NCBI GenBank assembly: GCA_002269645.1
Contig: NIVC01001383.1
Span: 164,740 to 228,739, forward strand
DNA: 64,000 bases
Source: Macrostomum lignano
Lineage: Eukaryota
Direction of reading: 5' to 3'
The translations under genes were made by a program, and so were the position numbers. This document shows positions 13,410-25,400 of this stretch, one piece after another (the stretch's first letter is position 1; each line of letters starts with the position of its first letter). A model generated the notes under the pieces. That model worked only from the letters and a program-made list of their open reading frames with translations, had not been told where the DNA came from and made no database searches.

Positions 13410-15010
13410 GCACAATGTCAAACATAAAAGAGGCACCATGTCAAACATTACATGGGCACCATGTAAAACAAATACGTGACTCTATGTCAAACATTAAAGA
13501 GCCACCATGTGAAACATTAAAGAGTCACCATTTCGAACATTAAAAAGCCACCACGTCGAACATTAAAGTGCCACCATGTCAAACGTAAAAGAGCCACCAT
13601 GAAGAACATTAAAGAGCCACCATGCCAAACATAAAAGAGCCACTATGTCGAACATTAAAGAGCTAGCATGTCAAACATTAAAGAGCCACCATGTCGAACA
13701 TTAAAGAGCCACCATTTCGAACATAAAAGAGCCGCCATGTAAAACATTAAAGAGCCACATTGTCAAACATAAAAGAGCCACCATGTAAGACATTTAAGAG
13801 CCATCATGTGAAACATTTAAGAGCCACCATGTCGAACATAAAAGAGCTACCATGTCAAACCTAAAAGAGCCACCATGTCAAACCTAAAAGAGCCACCATG
13901 TCGAACATAAAAGAGCTACCATGTCAAACCTAAAAGAGCCACCATGTCGAACATAAACGAACCTTTATGTCGTACATTAAAGAGCCACCATGTCAAACAT
14001 TAAAGAGCCACCATGTCAAACATAAAAGAGCCACAATGTCAAACATAGAAGAGCCACAATGTCAGATATTAAAAAGCCACCGTATCAAACATAAAAGAGT
14101 TACCATGTAGAACAAAAAAGAGCCACCATGTCAAACATTAAAGAGCCACCATGTCGAACATTAAAGAGCCACCATGTCAAGCATAAAAGAGCCACCATGT
14201 CAAACATTAAAGAGCCATGTCAAACACTAAAGAGCCAACATGTCGAACATAAAAGAGCCACCATGTCAAACATTAAAGAGCCACCATGTCAGACATTAAA
14301 GAGCCACCATGTCAAACATTAAAGAGCCACCATATCGAACACTAAAGAGCCACCATGTCAAACATATGTGACTCCATGTCGAATATATACGTGCCTCCAT
14401 GTCACACATAAAAGGGCCACCATGTAAAACATATACATATGACTACATAACAAACATTAAACAGCCCACCATGTCGAACATTAAAGAGCCATCATGTCAA
14501 ACATAAAAGAGCCACCATGTCAAACATTAAAGAGCCACCATGTCAGACATTAAAGAGCCACTATGTCAAACATAAAAGAGCCACCATGTCAAACATTAAA
14601 GAGCCACCATATCGAACACTAAAGAGCCACCATGTCAAACATATGTGACTCCATGTCAAATATATACGTGACTCCATGTCACACATAAAAGAGCCACCAT
14701 GTAAAACATATACATATGACTACATAACAAACATTAAACAGCCACCATGTCGAACATTAAAGAGCCATCATGTCAAACATAAAAGAGCCACCATGTCAAA
14801 CATTAAAGAGCCACCATGTCAAACATTAAAGAGCCACATGTCGAACATAAAAGAGCCACTTTGTCAAACATCTACGAGTCACCATGTCAAGCGTATACAT
14901 GACTCCATTTCAGACATTAAAGTGCCACCATGTCAAACATAAAAGAGCCACCAGCTCAAACATTAAAGAGCCACCATGTCAGACACAAAACAGCTACCAT
15001 GTCAAACATA
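13410..15010. repeat. 23-bp satellite AAAGAGCCACCATGTCAAACAT(T/A), roughly 65-70 copies
   Basis: Period 23 (13981 to 14004), diverged copies. Confidence 0.95.
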
Positions 15011-15012
15011 AA

Positions 15013-15570
15013 TGGGGTGCCTACTATCTTGGAGTGCTTGCTATCTGGAGATGCGTGCTATCTGGGGGTGCTTGCTATCTGGGGGGATGCTTGCTATCTT
15101 GGGGGTTCTAGCTATCTGGGGGTGCTTGCTATTAGGTGGATGCTTGCTATCTGGGGTGCCTGCTATCTTGGAGTGCTTGCTATCTGGAGATGCGTGCTAT
15201 CTGGGGGTGCTTGCTATCTGGGGGTGCTTGCTATCTGGGGGTGCTTGCTATCTGGGGGTGCTTGCTATCTGGGGGTGCTTGCTATTAGGTGGATGCTTGC
15301 TATTAGGTGGATGCTTGCTATCTGGGGGTGCTTGCTATTAGGTGGATGCTTGCTATCTGGGGGTGCTTGCTATCTAAGGGTGCTTGCTATTAGGTGGATG
15401 CTTGCTATCTGGGGTGCCTGCTATCTGGGGGTGCTTGCTATCTGGAGATGCTTGCCTTGCTATCCAAGGGTGCTTGCTATCTGGGGATGCTTGCTATCTA
15501 AGGGTGCTTGCTATTAGGTGGATGCTTGCTATCTGGGGGTGCTTGCTATCTGGGGGGTTGCTTGCTGTCC
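15013..15570. repeat. About 17-bp satellite GGGGGTGCTTGCTATCT, about 30 copies
   Basis: Read directly; abuts the 23-bp satellite. Confidence 0.95.
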
Positions 15571-18500
15571 TGGGATATTTTTTTGCATTGCACTTCATTT
15601 GAGCAGTTTTTCTATTGTCTATGTGAAGGCTTTATTTGGCCGTCTTTTTGATACTTGTAGAGTGCCAGAGATTCTATCTAGATGCCCCCATCGGGGGGCG
15701 AAGATTGCTAGTCTCTATACTAAAGTTGACGCGTTGTTTGTCTGTATGTGTGTCTGTCATTTCGACAACTCCTCCTTGAATAGTGGCAACTCAGCGTTGA
15801 AACTTATATGGGAAGATTGGAAATTATCCGAGGTCGGCTATAGGCTATTTTAATTCTGAAATTTTAATTTCTAAGATCCTCAAAAAAGCAGAAAACTTGA
15901 ATCTTGACCTTTGATAATCTTATTTGTCCCCTCTTTCTGCTTGGAGCTGAAAAATGCATGAATTTTTAGTGATTGCGCCACAACTTTTCCCTATCTCTGT
16001 AGTGTATTTTCTTTCCAGTGGGGGGTGGGAGCGTTTTCAGTGGCTGCGTGTGTACACTTGGACCCTGGCTTACTGGCTGACTGTATAGATAATTGCGCAA
16101 TGATATGGCTACTGATAAGTTTTCCTGCCTCTCAATGGGCAGCCCTGTGTATTTGTTGGACATTGAAATTCAATGCATCAACTTGCAAGCAGGCAGTGAA
16201 CGTACACTCCATACTTCAATGCTATAAATCAGACAGTTTCAAACGCTAACTGTTCCTCGAGTTTTAAACTTTGAGAGGAGAAACTTATATTGCTGGAAAG
16301 ATCTTGCAACGCTGAGTTCGAGGATGTAAGTTGTTTGCTTTAAATATGAAAAGAAAAAGCACAGCATTTAAAAAACTATTTCCATACTTTTAACTTTCTG
16401 CAAAGATTGTACTTTAATCTGCAAAGATTGTTGGGGGGAGGGTTCAACTTCTCACTGCTGCTGTGTATTGGAGTGTTGATTTAGATTGCGCAATGTTTTT
16501 GTTAACTTTAACTGAGACTGATAATGACTGACTGTGAAATCGGTTGCGCCATCAATTTGTTTCATTATCTGTGCCTTTTAATAGGCTGCCCTGTGTAATA
16601 GCCGGCCTGTGTAATGAATGAATAAACTTGCGAGCCTCTTTGGCAGGCAGTGAACGTACACTCGATATTGCTTTAAAACGGAAACTTTCAAACGCTAACT
16701 GCTCTTCGAGTTCTAAACTTTAACAGAAGAGACTTATACTGCTGAAAAGATCTTGCAACGCTGAGTTCGAGGATATAAATTGTTCGCCTTAAATATAAAG
16801 ACTAAAAGCACAGCATCAAAAAAACTATTTCCATACTTTTAGCTTTCTGCAAAGATTGTACTCACTTTTTAGTTCAATGCCCCCAACACCCGGGTTCAAT
16901 TTCTAACTGCCACTCCGTATTGAAAATGGGTCGGTCTCTGTGTACTGGAGGGTTGATTTACATTGCGCAATCTTTTTTTAACTTTAACTGAGACTGATAC
17001 TGACTGACTGAGAAATCGGTTGCGCAATCAATTGATTCAATTGGTTCAATTTTTTATTTGGACACGCAGCTGTGTGTAGCTCTAACCCTAACCCTAACCC
17101 TAACAATAACCCTAACCAATGAATCCTGATATTTTATTCTTTTTGACGGAGAAAATTTCGATTGAGTCCAGTTTTAAAGAGAGAATTTCGATTGAGTCCA
17201 GTTTTAAAGAGAGAATTTCGATGGTTTTTAGTTTCACGGAGAGGATTTCTGTTTCGCGGAGAGGATTTCGATGGTATTCAGTTTCACGAAGAGGATTTCG
17301 ATGGTTTTCAGTTGCACAGACAAGATTTCTGCTTCGCGGAGAGGATCTTGATGGATTTGGCATCTTCAATCAGTCAGAGAAGAGAGTAAAGAGAAGAATG
17401 AAAAGAGAAGAGAGATGAGATGATAGAAAACAGAGTAGAAATGAGTGGAGAGATTAGACATGACAGATGGGAGAGAAGAGGGGAGTAAGGCGGGCACGAA
17501 GGAGAGAAGAGAAGAGAGGAGATGAGAGGGGAGATATGAGATAGCAAAGGGAGACAAGAGAGATGATAGGAGAGAGAATAGATGAGGGATAAGAGCTTAC
17601 AGAGAAAATAAAAGAGAGGAAAGAGAGGAGAGAGGTGAGAAGTGAGAGGAGAGAGATGAAAGATCAGAGATCAGAGATTTAAGAGAAGAAAGTAGTGAGG
17701 AGAAAGAAGAGAGTAAAGATGTGAGTGCAGAGAGGAGAGAAACGAGAGGAGACAGGTGGTAGAACGGAGTGTAAAAAACAGGAGATAAGAAAGGAGAGGA
17801 TGGGAGTGAGAGCATATAGGAAAGTGTAAAAGGGGAGCAGAGGAGAGAGAATAGATAAGTGAGTAGAGAAGAGATATCAGAGAGGAGAGATTCGAGATTA
17901 GAGAAGAGATGAGGGGAGATGAGAGGAGAGAAGAGAGAATGGAGAGGAGAGAAAAGAGAGGAGAGGAGACAAGAGAGAAGAGAAAAAAGGGAAGAGAGAA
18001 AGTAGAGCGGATACAATAGATAAGTGAGTAGAGATGAGATATGAGAGAGGAGAGAAAAGTGGAGAGATAAGAGAGAAGATAGGAGAGTAGACAGGAGAGG
18101 GTACAGACGAAAGACGAGGGAGAAGAGAAAAATAAGGGAGTAGAGATGAGAAATGAGAGAGAAGAGATAAGCGAGAAGATCAGGAATAGAGGAGAGAGAG
18201 AAGCGAGATAAGGGAGAGAGGAGGGAGAAGAGAGATGAAAGATCAGAGATGAGAGAGATGAAAGTGTAGAGAGGAGTAATTAGTGAGGAGAAAGAAGAGA
18301 GTAAAAATAAAAATCAGAGCGCAGGGCGCAAGAGATGAGAGATGGGAGTTGATAGATTGTAGAGGATTTGGAGATGATTTGGAAGATGGGATTCAATTCA
18401 TGGAATTTCAGCTGATAGGAGTTCTTCCCCTTCAGAATTCCGGTGATGGGAGTTCTTCCCCTTTCTCCTCCAGAGGAGGAGTTCCACTCGTCTCTTCTAC

Positions 18501-20767
18501 ATATACTAAAGTTCACGTGTTGTTTGTCTGTCTGTCTGTGTGTCTGTCTGTCATTTCGACAACTCCTCCTTGAATAGTGGCAACTCAGCGTTGAAACTTA
18601 TATGGGAAGATTGGAAATTATCCGAGGTCGGCTATAGGCTATTTTAATTCTGAAATTTTAATTTCTACGATCCTCAAAAAAGCAGAAAACGGCGGTCTTG
18701 ACCTTTGATAATCTTAATTGTCCCCTCTTTCTGCTTGGAGCTGAAAATTTGCATGAATTTTAAGTGATTGCGCCATAAAATTTTGCTAACTTGGCAGTGT
18801 ATTTTCTCTCCAGTGGGGGGATAGGAGCGTTCTCAGTGGCGGCGTGTGTACACTTGGACCCTAGCTAACTGGCGGACAGTGAAATTCAATGCATCAATTT
18901 GCGAGCCTCTCTAGCAGGCAGTGAACGTACACTCGATATTTCAATGCTTTAAATCAGAAAGTTTCAAATGCTAACTGTTGCTCGATTTTTGAACTTTGAG
19001 AGGAGAGACTTATATTGCTGGAAAGATCTTGCAACGCTGAGTTCAGGGATATAAGTTGTTTGCTTTAACTGTAAAAATTAAAAGCACAGCATTCAAAAAA
19101 CGATTTTATTACTTTTACTTTTAACTTGCTGCAAAGATTGTACTTATTTTTGCGATAGGTCAGAGATAAATTTGGGGGGTTCAATTGCTAATTGCCACTG
19201 CGTAGTGGAAGGCGGTCGGGCGCTGTGTATTGGAGGGTTGATTTAGATTGCGCAATCTTTTTGTTAACTGTAACTGAGACTGATACTGACATACTGTGAA
19301 ATCAGTTGCGCCATCAATTTTGTTTTATTATCTGTGCCTTTCAATAGGCTGCCCTGTGTAATAGCCGGCCTGTGTAGTAAATGAATAAACTTGCGAGCCT
19401 CTTTGGCAGGCAGTGAACGTACACGCGACATTTCAATGCTTTAAAACGGGAACTTTCAAACGCTAACTGCTCTTCGAGTTCTAAACTTTAAGAGAAGAGA
19501 CTTATACTGCTGAAAAGATCTTGCAACGCTGAGTTCGAGGATATAAAATGTTTCAAAAAACCATTTCCATACTTTTAGCTTTATGCAAAGATTGTACTCA
19601 TTTTTTTGTTCAATGCCCCCAAAAGTTTGAGGTTCAATTTCTAACTGCCACTGCGTATTGAAAAGGGGTCGGTCTCTGTGTACTGGAGGGTTGATTTAGA
19701 TTGCGCAATTTTTTTGCTAACTTTAACTGAGACTGATACTGACTGACTGTGAAATCGGTTGCGCAATCAATTGATTCAATTGGTTCATTTTTTATTTGAA
19801 CACGCAGCTGTGTGTAGCTCTAACCCTAACCCTAACCCTTAACAATAACCAATGAATCCTGATATTTATTCTTTTTGACGGAGAAAATTTCGATTGAGTC
19901 CAGTTTAAAAGAAAGAATTTCGATGGTTTTCAGTTTCACGGAGAGGATTTCTGTTTCGCGGAGAGGATTTCGATTCTCTTCAGTTTCACGGAGAGGATTT
20001 CGATGGTTTTCAGTTGCACGGACAGGATTTCTGCTTCGCGGAGAGGATCTTGATTGATTTGGCATCTTCAATCAGTCAGAGAAGAGAATAAAAAGAAGAA
20101 TGAAAAGAGAAGAGATATGAGATGGTAGAAAACAGAGTAGAAATGAGTGGAGAGATTAGACATGACAGATGGGAGAGAAGAGGGGATTAAGGCGGGAACG
20201 AAGGACAGAAAAGCGAAGAGGAGAGAGGAGATAAGAGTGGATATATGAGATAGCAAAGGGAGACAAGAGAGATAATAGGAGAGAGAATAGATGAAGGATA
20301 AGAGCGTACAGAGGAAATAGAAGAGAGGGGAGAGTAGAGGAGAAAGAAAGAGTGAGATGAGGGATGAGAGATGAGAGAGGAGCGGAGAGAGAAGAGAGAA
20401 AAGAGGAGAAAAAAGGGGAGAAAGGAGACAGACGAGAGTAGAGACGAAAGACGAGGGAGAAGATATAAATAAAGTAGTAGAGATGAGAGGAGAGGGAGGA
20501 GAGAGAAGCGAAAGGAAAAGAGCGAGAGGAGAGAGGAGAGAGATGAAAAATCAGAGATGAGAGAGTTAAGAGAGGGAAGTAGTGAGGAGAGGAGAGATGA
20601 GAGATGCGAGGAGAAGAGATGAGTGAGAACATAAGAGAGAAGAGATTAGAGATTAGAAAAGAGAGAAGAGAAGAGACGGGGGGTAGTGGAAAGGAGGAAA
20701 GAAAGATGGGAGACAAGAAAGTAGAGTCTGAGACCGTATATGAGATATAAGAAATGAGAGCAGAGAG

Positions 20768-20838
<71 letters not shown>

Positions 20839-22493
20839 TAAGAGAGACGATAGATAAGTGAGTAGAGATGACATATGAGAGAGAAGAGAAGAAGGAGAGA
20901 TAAGAGAGAAGAGAGGAGACAGGAGACAGAAGTGAAGAATAGAGATGTGATAGAACAGAGAACAGAGGAGACAGGAGGGGTACAGACGAAAGACGAGGGA
21001 GAAGAGATAAATAAGGAAGTAGGGGTAGAGATGAGATGAGAGAGAGGAGAGAGAAGAGAGTCACGATAATAGCGAAGAGAGGAGAGAGTAGATATGAGAG
21101 ACGTAAGAGTCTTTGAGCTATGGTCTTTGAAAGGTTTGTAAAGAATTTGGAGACGATTTGGAAGATGGGGTTCAAGACATGGAATTTCAGTTGATGGATA
21201 ATTCAGGGAATGGAATTCCGGTGATGGGAGTTCTTCCCCTTTCTCCTCCGAAGGAGGAGTTCCACTCGTCTATCTATCTATATATACTAAAGTTGACGCG
21301 TTGTTTGTCTGTCTGTATGTCTGTCTGTATGTCTGTCTGTATGTCTGTCTGTCATTTCGACAACTCCTCCTTGAATAGTGCCAACTCAGCGTTGAAACTT
21401 ATATGGGAAGATTGGAAATTATCCGAGGTCGGCTATAGGCTATTTTAATTCTGAAATTTTAATTTCTAAGATCCTCAAAAAAGCAGAAAACTGCCTTTTT
21501 GACCCCCAATAACCTTCTTTTGCTACTCTGCCTGGGGCTGCAGCCAGTTTGTAAAAATAGCCACCCCAACCTCCGCCCGCGGGCCGCTGTGTATTGAGGG
21601 GTGGTGGGTGCGCGTGTTCTGGGTTCAATGCAAATAAACCCCCCCGCGTGTTGGGGGGTTGAGTTAAATTTAACGCTTCCCCCAGAACGGGGGTTGGGCT
21701 TGAGCTGAGTGTACATAGCTGTTGTACAGTGTAAAAAGATAGATAGAAATGTGCCGAGATTCAATTGGTTTTATTATCGGCCCTGTGTATCAGCTGGGCA
21801 GTGAAATTCAATGAATAAACTTGCGAGCATCTCTAGCAAGAAGTCGGGAAATCGGTAAATTTCAAACGCTAACTGTTCCTCGAGTTTTAAACTTTGAGAG
21901 GAGAGACTTATATTGCTGGAAAGATCTTGCAACGCTGAGTTCGGGGTTATAATTTTCTTGCTTTAATCATGAAAACAAAAAGCACAGCATTCAAGAAAAA
22001 TCATTCTTTAAATTTTCTGACACTATTCAATTTAAATAACCCGTGTTAGGGCCCGCGTTGGGGCTGGGGGTGGCGGGCTGCGGTGGGGCCGGGGGTGGCG
22101 GGCTGCGGTGAAGTGATAGGGTTCAGTGTACACAGTGAATGCCCAGTAGGCTACAGATAGCAATGAATCGTGCTTCGTCATCGGTGAATCCTGAATTAAT
22201 AAACTAAATCGATTGTCTGTATGTACATTGAAGATAAGAAAAAATTTAATCCATAGAGAACTGTCCGCTGATTCGTTGGTTAGGCAGCGATTTTACTCAT
22301 CAAAGCGATGTTTGTACACTTGGTGTAGAGAAGTGGAGATTTTTGACGCAAATCTGCAGGCACGGGACAGCTAATTGCTTTATATAAAGTCACGTTTTTT
22401 TCGATACCACCAATCCACATTTGGCCGGATTGTTTCAATCGCCTTTCAATATTTTTTTTAATATTTTCTTTAAATATATTCCTTTCTTTTGTA

Positions 22494-25400
22494 ATGCCTA
22501 AACGCGGTCGAGGCAATTTGTCCCGCTCTACACGCGCTGCATCTGGTGCCAAGAAGCGGAGGGACTCCGAGACACCAGAGGAGCATGCAGCACGCCTGGA
22601 GCAGAATCGGCTTTGCCAGGCGGAAAGACGCGCAGTTGAGGGCGACGCCGAGCGCCAGCATCGCCTCGAGCAGGACCGGCTGCGAGCAGCTGAAGACCGC
22701 GCAGCTGAGGGTGAAGCCGAGCGCCAGCATCGCCTCGAGCAGGACCGGCTGCGAACAGCTGAAGACCGCGCAGCTGAGGGTGAAGCCGAGCGCCAGCATC
22801 GCCTCGAGCAGGACCGGCTGCGAACAGCTGAAGACCGCGCAGCTGAGGGTGAAGCCGAGCGCCAGCATCGCCTCGAGCAGAACCGGCTGCGAACAGCTGA
22901 AGACCGCGCAGCTGAGGGTGAAGCCGAGCGCCAGCATCGCCTCGAGCAGGACCGGCTGCGAACAGCTGAAGACCGCGCAGCTGAGGGTGAAGCCGAGCGC
23001 CAGCATCGCCTCGAGCAGGACCGGCTGCGAACAGCTGAAGACCGCGCAGCTGAGGGTGAAGCCGAGCGCCAGCATCGCCTCGAGCAGAACCGGCTGCGAA
23101 CAGCTGAAGACCGCGCAGCTGAGGGTGAAGCCGAGCGCCAGCATCGCCTCGAGCAGGACCGGCTGCGAACAGCTGAAGACCGCGCAGCTGAGGGTGAAGC
23201 CGAGCGCCAGCATCGCCGCGAGCTAGACCGGCAGCACACAGCGGAATGCCGCGCGAGTGAATCGGAGACGGTCCACATGCATCGCCTTGACGTGCAGCGG
23301 CAGCGACAGAGTCAGCGTCGCACGGCTGAGGCCGCTGATGAGCACGACCTGCGTCTGCATGCGCAAGCAGACCGGCGCCGAGACAGGTAGGCGTTTCACT
23401 CATTTTTATTTCACAATGTACATCAATGCTTTTACTGTGTATAATATTCTATGATAAGTATTATTAGTTCTTTTTTCATTAGTTCTTATTATTATTTTTA
23501 ATGTATATTTTTGTAGCCCATACATTACAACCTTTACGTAAAAGGCTCCTAGCGTAATAGGACTTTATATCCACATTCAGCATCTTTACTAAAATGATCC
23601 TCATAATTACATTTCCCATTTTTTGCTTCTCAGACTGCTGAAATTGGCACACCAGCCACATGTCCTCGGCCGCATGGACCGTCAGTGTTCGCACTGCGGC
23701 GCGCTACGCTGGAACGACGAGCCAGCCAGCATCTGCTGCCACTCTGGCAAGGTGAGTCCAGTTTTATTATTCAGTTTTATTGATCATTTTATTGATTACT
23801 TTATCAATGGCATAAAGCTTTAGACACTTAATGAATACCCTAGCAAGAGCATGCAAATGCTACATTTTTTAGTTTTTTACTGATTGTCATGCCGTAATTT
23901 TTATAACCTGTTTAAGATGAGGAATTTTCTAAACCCCACTTGCAGACCCACCTGGAGCCGTGCCGTGATCCACCCGATGTCCTGAAGCGACTGCTGACTG
24001 GCGAGCATCCGGACAGCTCGCAGTTCCTCAAGGACATTCGGAAGTACAACGGCGCCCTCCACATGACATCTCTCGGTGCCGCACAGCGAGAGCAGCCCGG
24101 CTGGAAGCCGAGCTTCATCCTCCATGGTCAGATGCACCATCGGATCGGCAGCCTGTTGCCGAACCCGGAGGACCCGGCTCGGTTCTGCCAGGTCTTCTTT
24201 GTAGACGAGGAGCTGCAAACTCGACTACAGTGGGCCACCGGGCTGAACAGCCGTCTGCTGGCGGAACTGCAGGCAACTCTGCACGACTGCAACAGCTACG
24301 TGCGCAGCTTCAAGTCCGCAGTCGACTTGCTGCGCAGCGATCCGCAGCTGCAGAACGCCAAGGTCGTGATTAACTCAGATGCCCGCCCATCTGGGGAGCA
24401 TGTCCGGCGCTTCAACTTGCCCGAGTGCAGTGAAGTTGGCATCCTAACGGACCTTGGCGATGATGAAGGCGTAATTCAGGCGCAGCGACGGGATGTGATC
24501 TTGCGTCTGAGAGATGGTGGTGAGTTCTATGGCATTGACAGGCACATTATTAATTTACTGCAATTATGGCTTATATGAAGTAGCTGCAATTAATTTATAG
24601 GAGCCGTAAAATTTTATTCTCCCCTAGAGTTACTTCCTAATTCTATTTTTACTCATTCGCAGGCCTGCAAGATATCTGCGAGACCCACCGCTCCTATGAT
24701 CCGTTGGAGTATGTGCTCCTATTCCCCTTCGGTGAGGACGGCTGGCACATTGGGCTCAAGCAGGATCGCGGCATCACCAACATGAAGTTCTACGCCTTCA
24801 TGATTCAGGTGCGGCCAGGCCAGTTCAACAGCCTGCTGTACGGTCGCCGGCTCTTCCAGCAGTACCTGGTGGACCAGGCTGCCAAGATCGAGTCCGAGCG
24901 CCTCAGCTTCATTCGGCAGCACCAGAAAGACCTGCAGTCCGAGAGTCTTCGCGGTCTCCGAGACGCGCTGCACGAGGACGACGGCAACCCGGAAGAAGTC
25001 GGGAAGCATATCATCCTGACCTCCAGCTACGTCGGAGGGCCACGTTACCGTCTTGAGCGTCAGCAGGATGCCATGGCATACGTTCACGCCTATGGCCGCC
25101 CAGACCTGTTCCTGACGATGACGTGTAACCCCAAGTGGCCCGAGATTCTGGCTGAGCTGCTTCCGGGCCAGACTGCCGTCGATCGGCCGGACATCACCGC
25201 CCGGGTGTTCGAGCTGAAGAAGAAGGCCTTCCTAAACAGGCTGAAGAGTCTGTTTGGAGATACTCTGGCTCGAGTCTGCTCGCTGGAGTACCAGAAGCGA
25301 GGCAAGTGTACTTTTAAGCTTTAAACTGTAGCATTATCTGTCGCCTCCAAAATTTCGTTAATTTCAATAAAATTAAATTTTATCCACATCCAGGTCTTCC

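Larger units (their letters stand above)
12815..15711 (+). mobile_element. Non-autonomous Helitron of a second family (canonical CTAG end), satellite-filled
   Basis: Begins TATATACTAAAAATGAGTTGTCTGTATGTG right after CTCG at 12814. Ends with hairpin GCCCCC-ATCG-GGGGGC (15684-15699), then GAAGATTG-CTAG (15708-15711). Internal sequence is largely unlike the neighbouring units. Confidence 0.75.

Noticed and set aside
14128-15853. ORFs such as MSNIKEPPC... and GACYLGVLAIW...
   Set aside because: Translations of the 23-bp and 17-bp satellites.
22280-23403. Long minus-strand and alternative-frame ORFs over RepHel exon 1
   Set aside because: Shadows of the 69-bp coding repeat; only the plus frame from 22494 splices into the Helitron Zn-finger exon.
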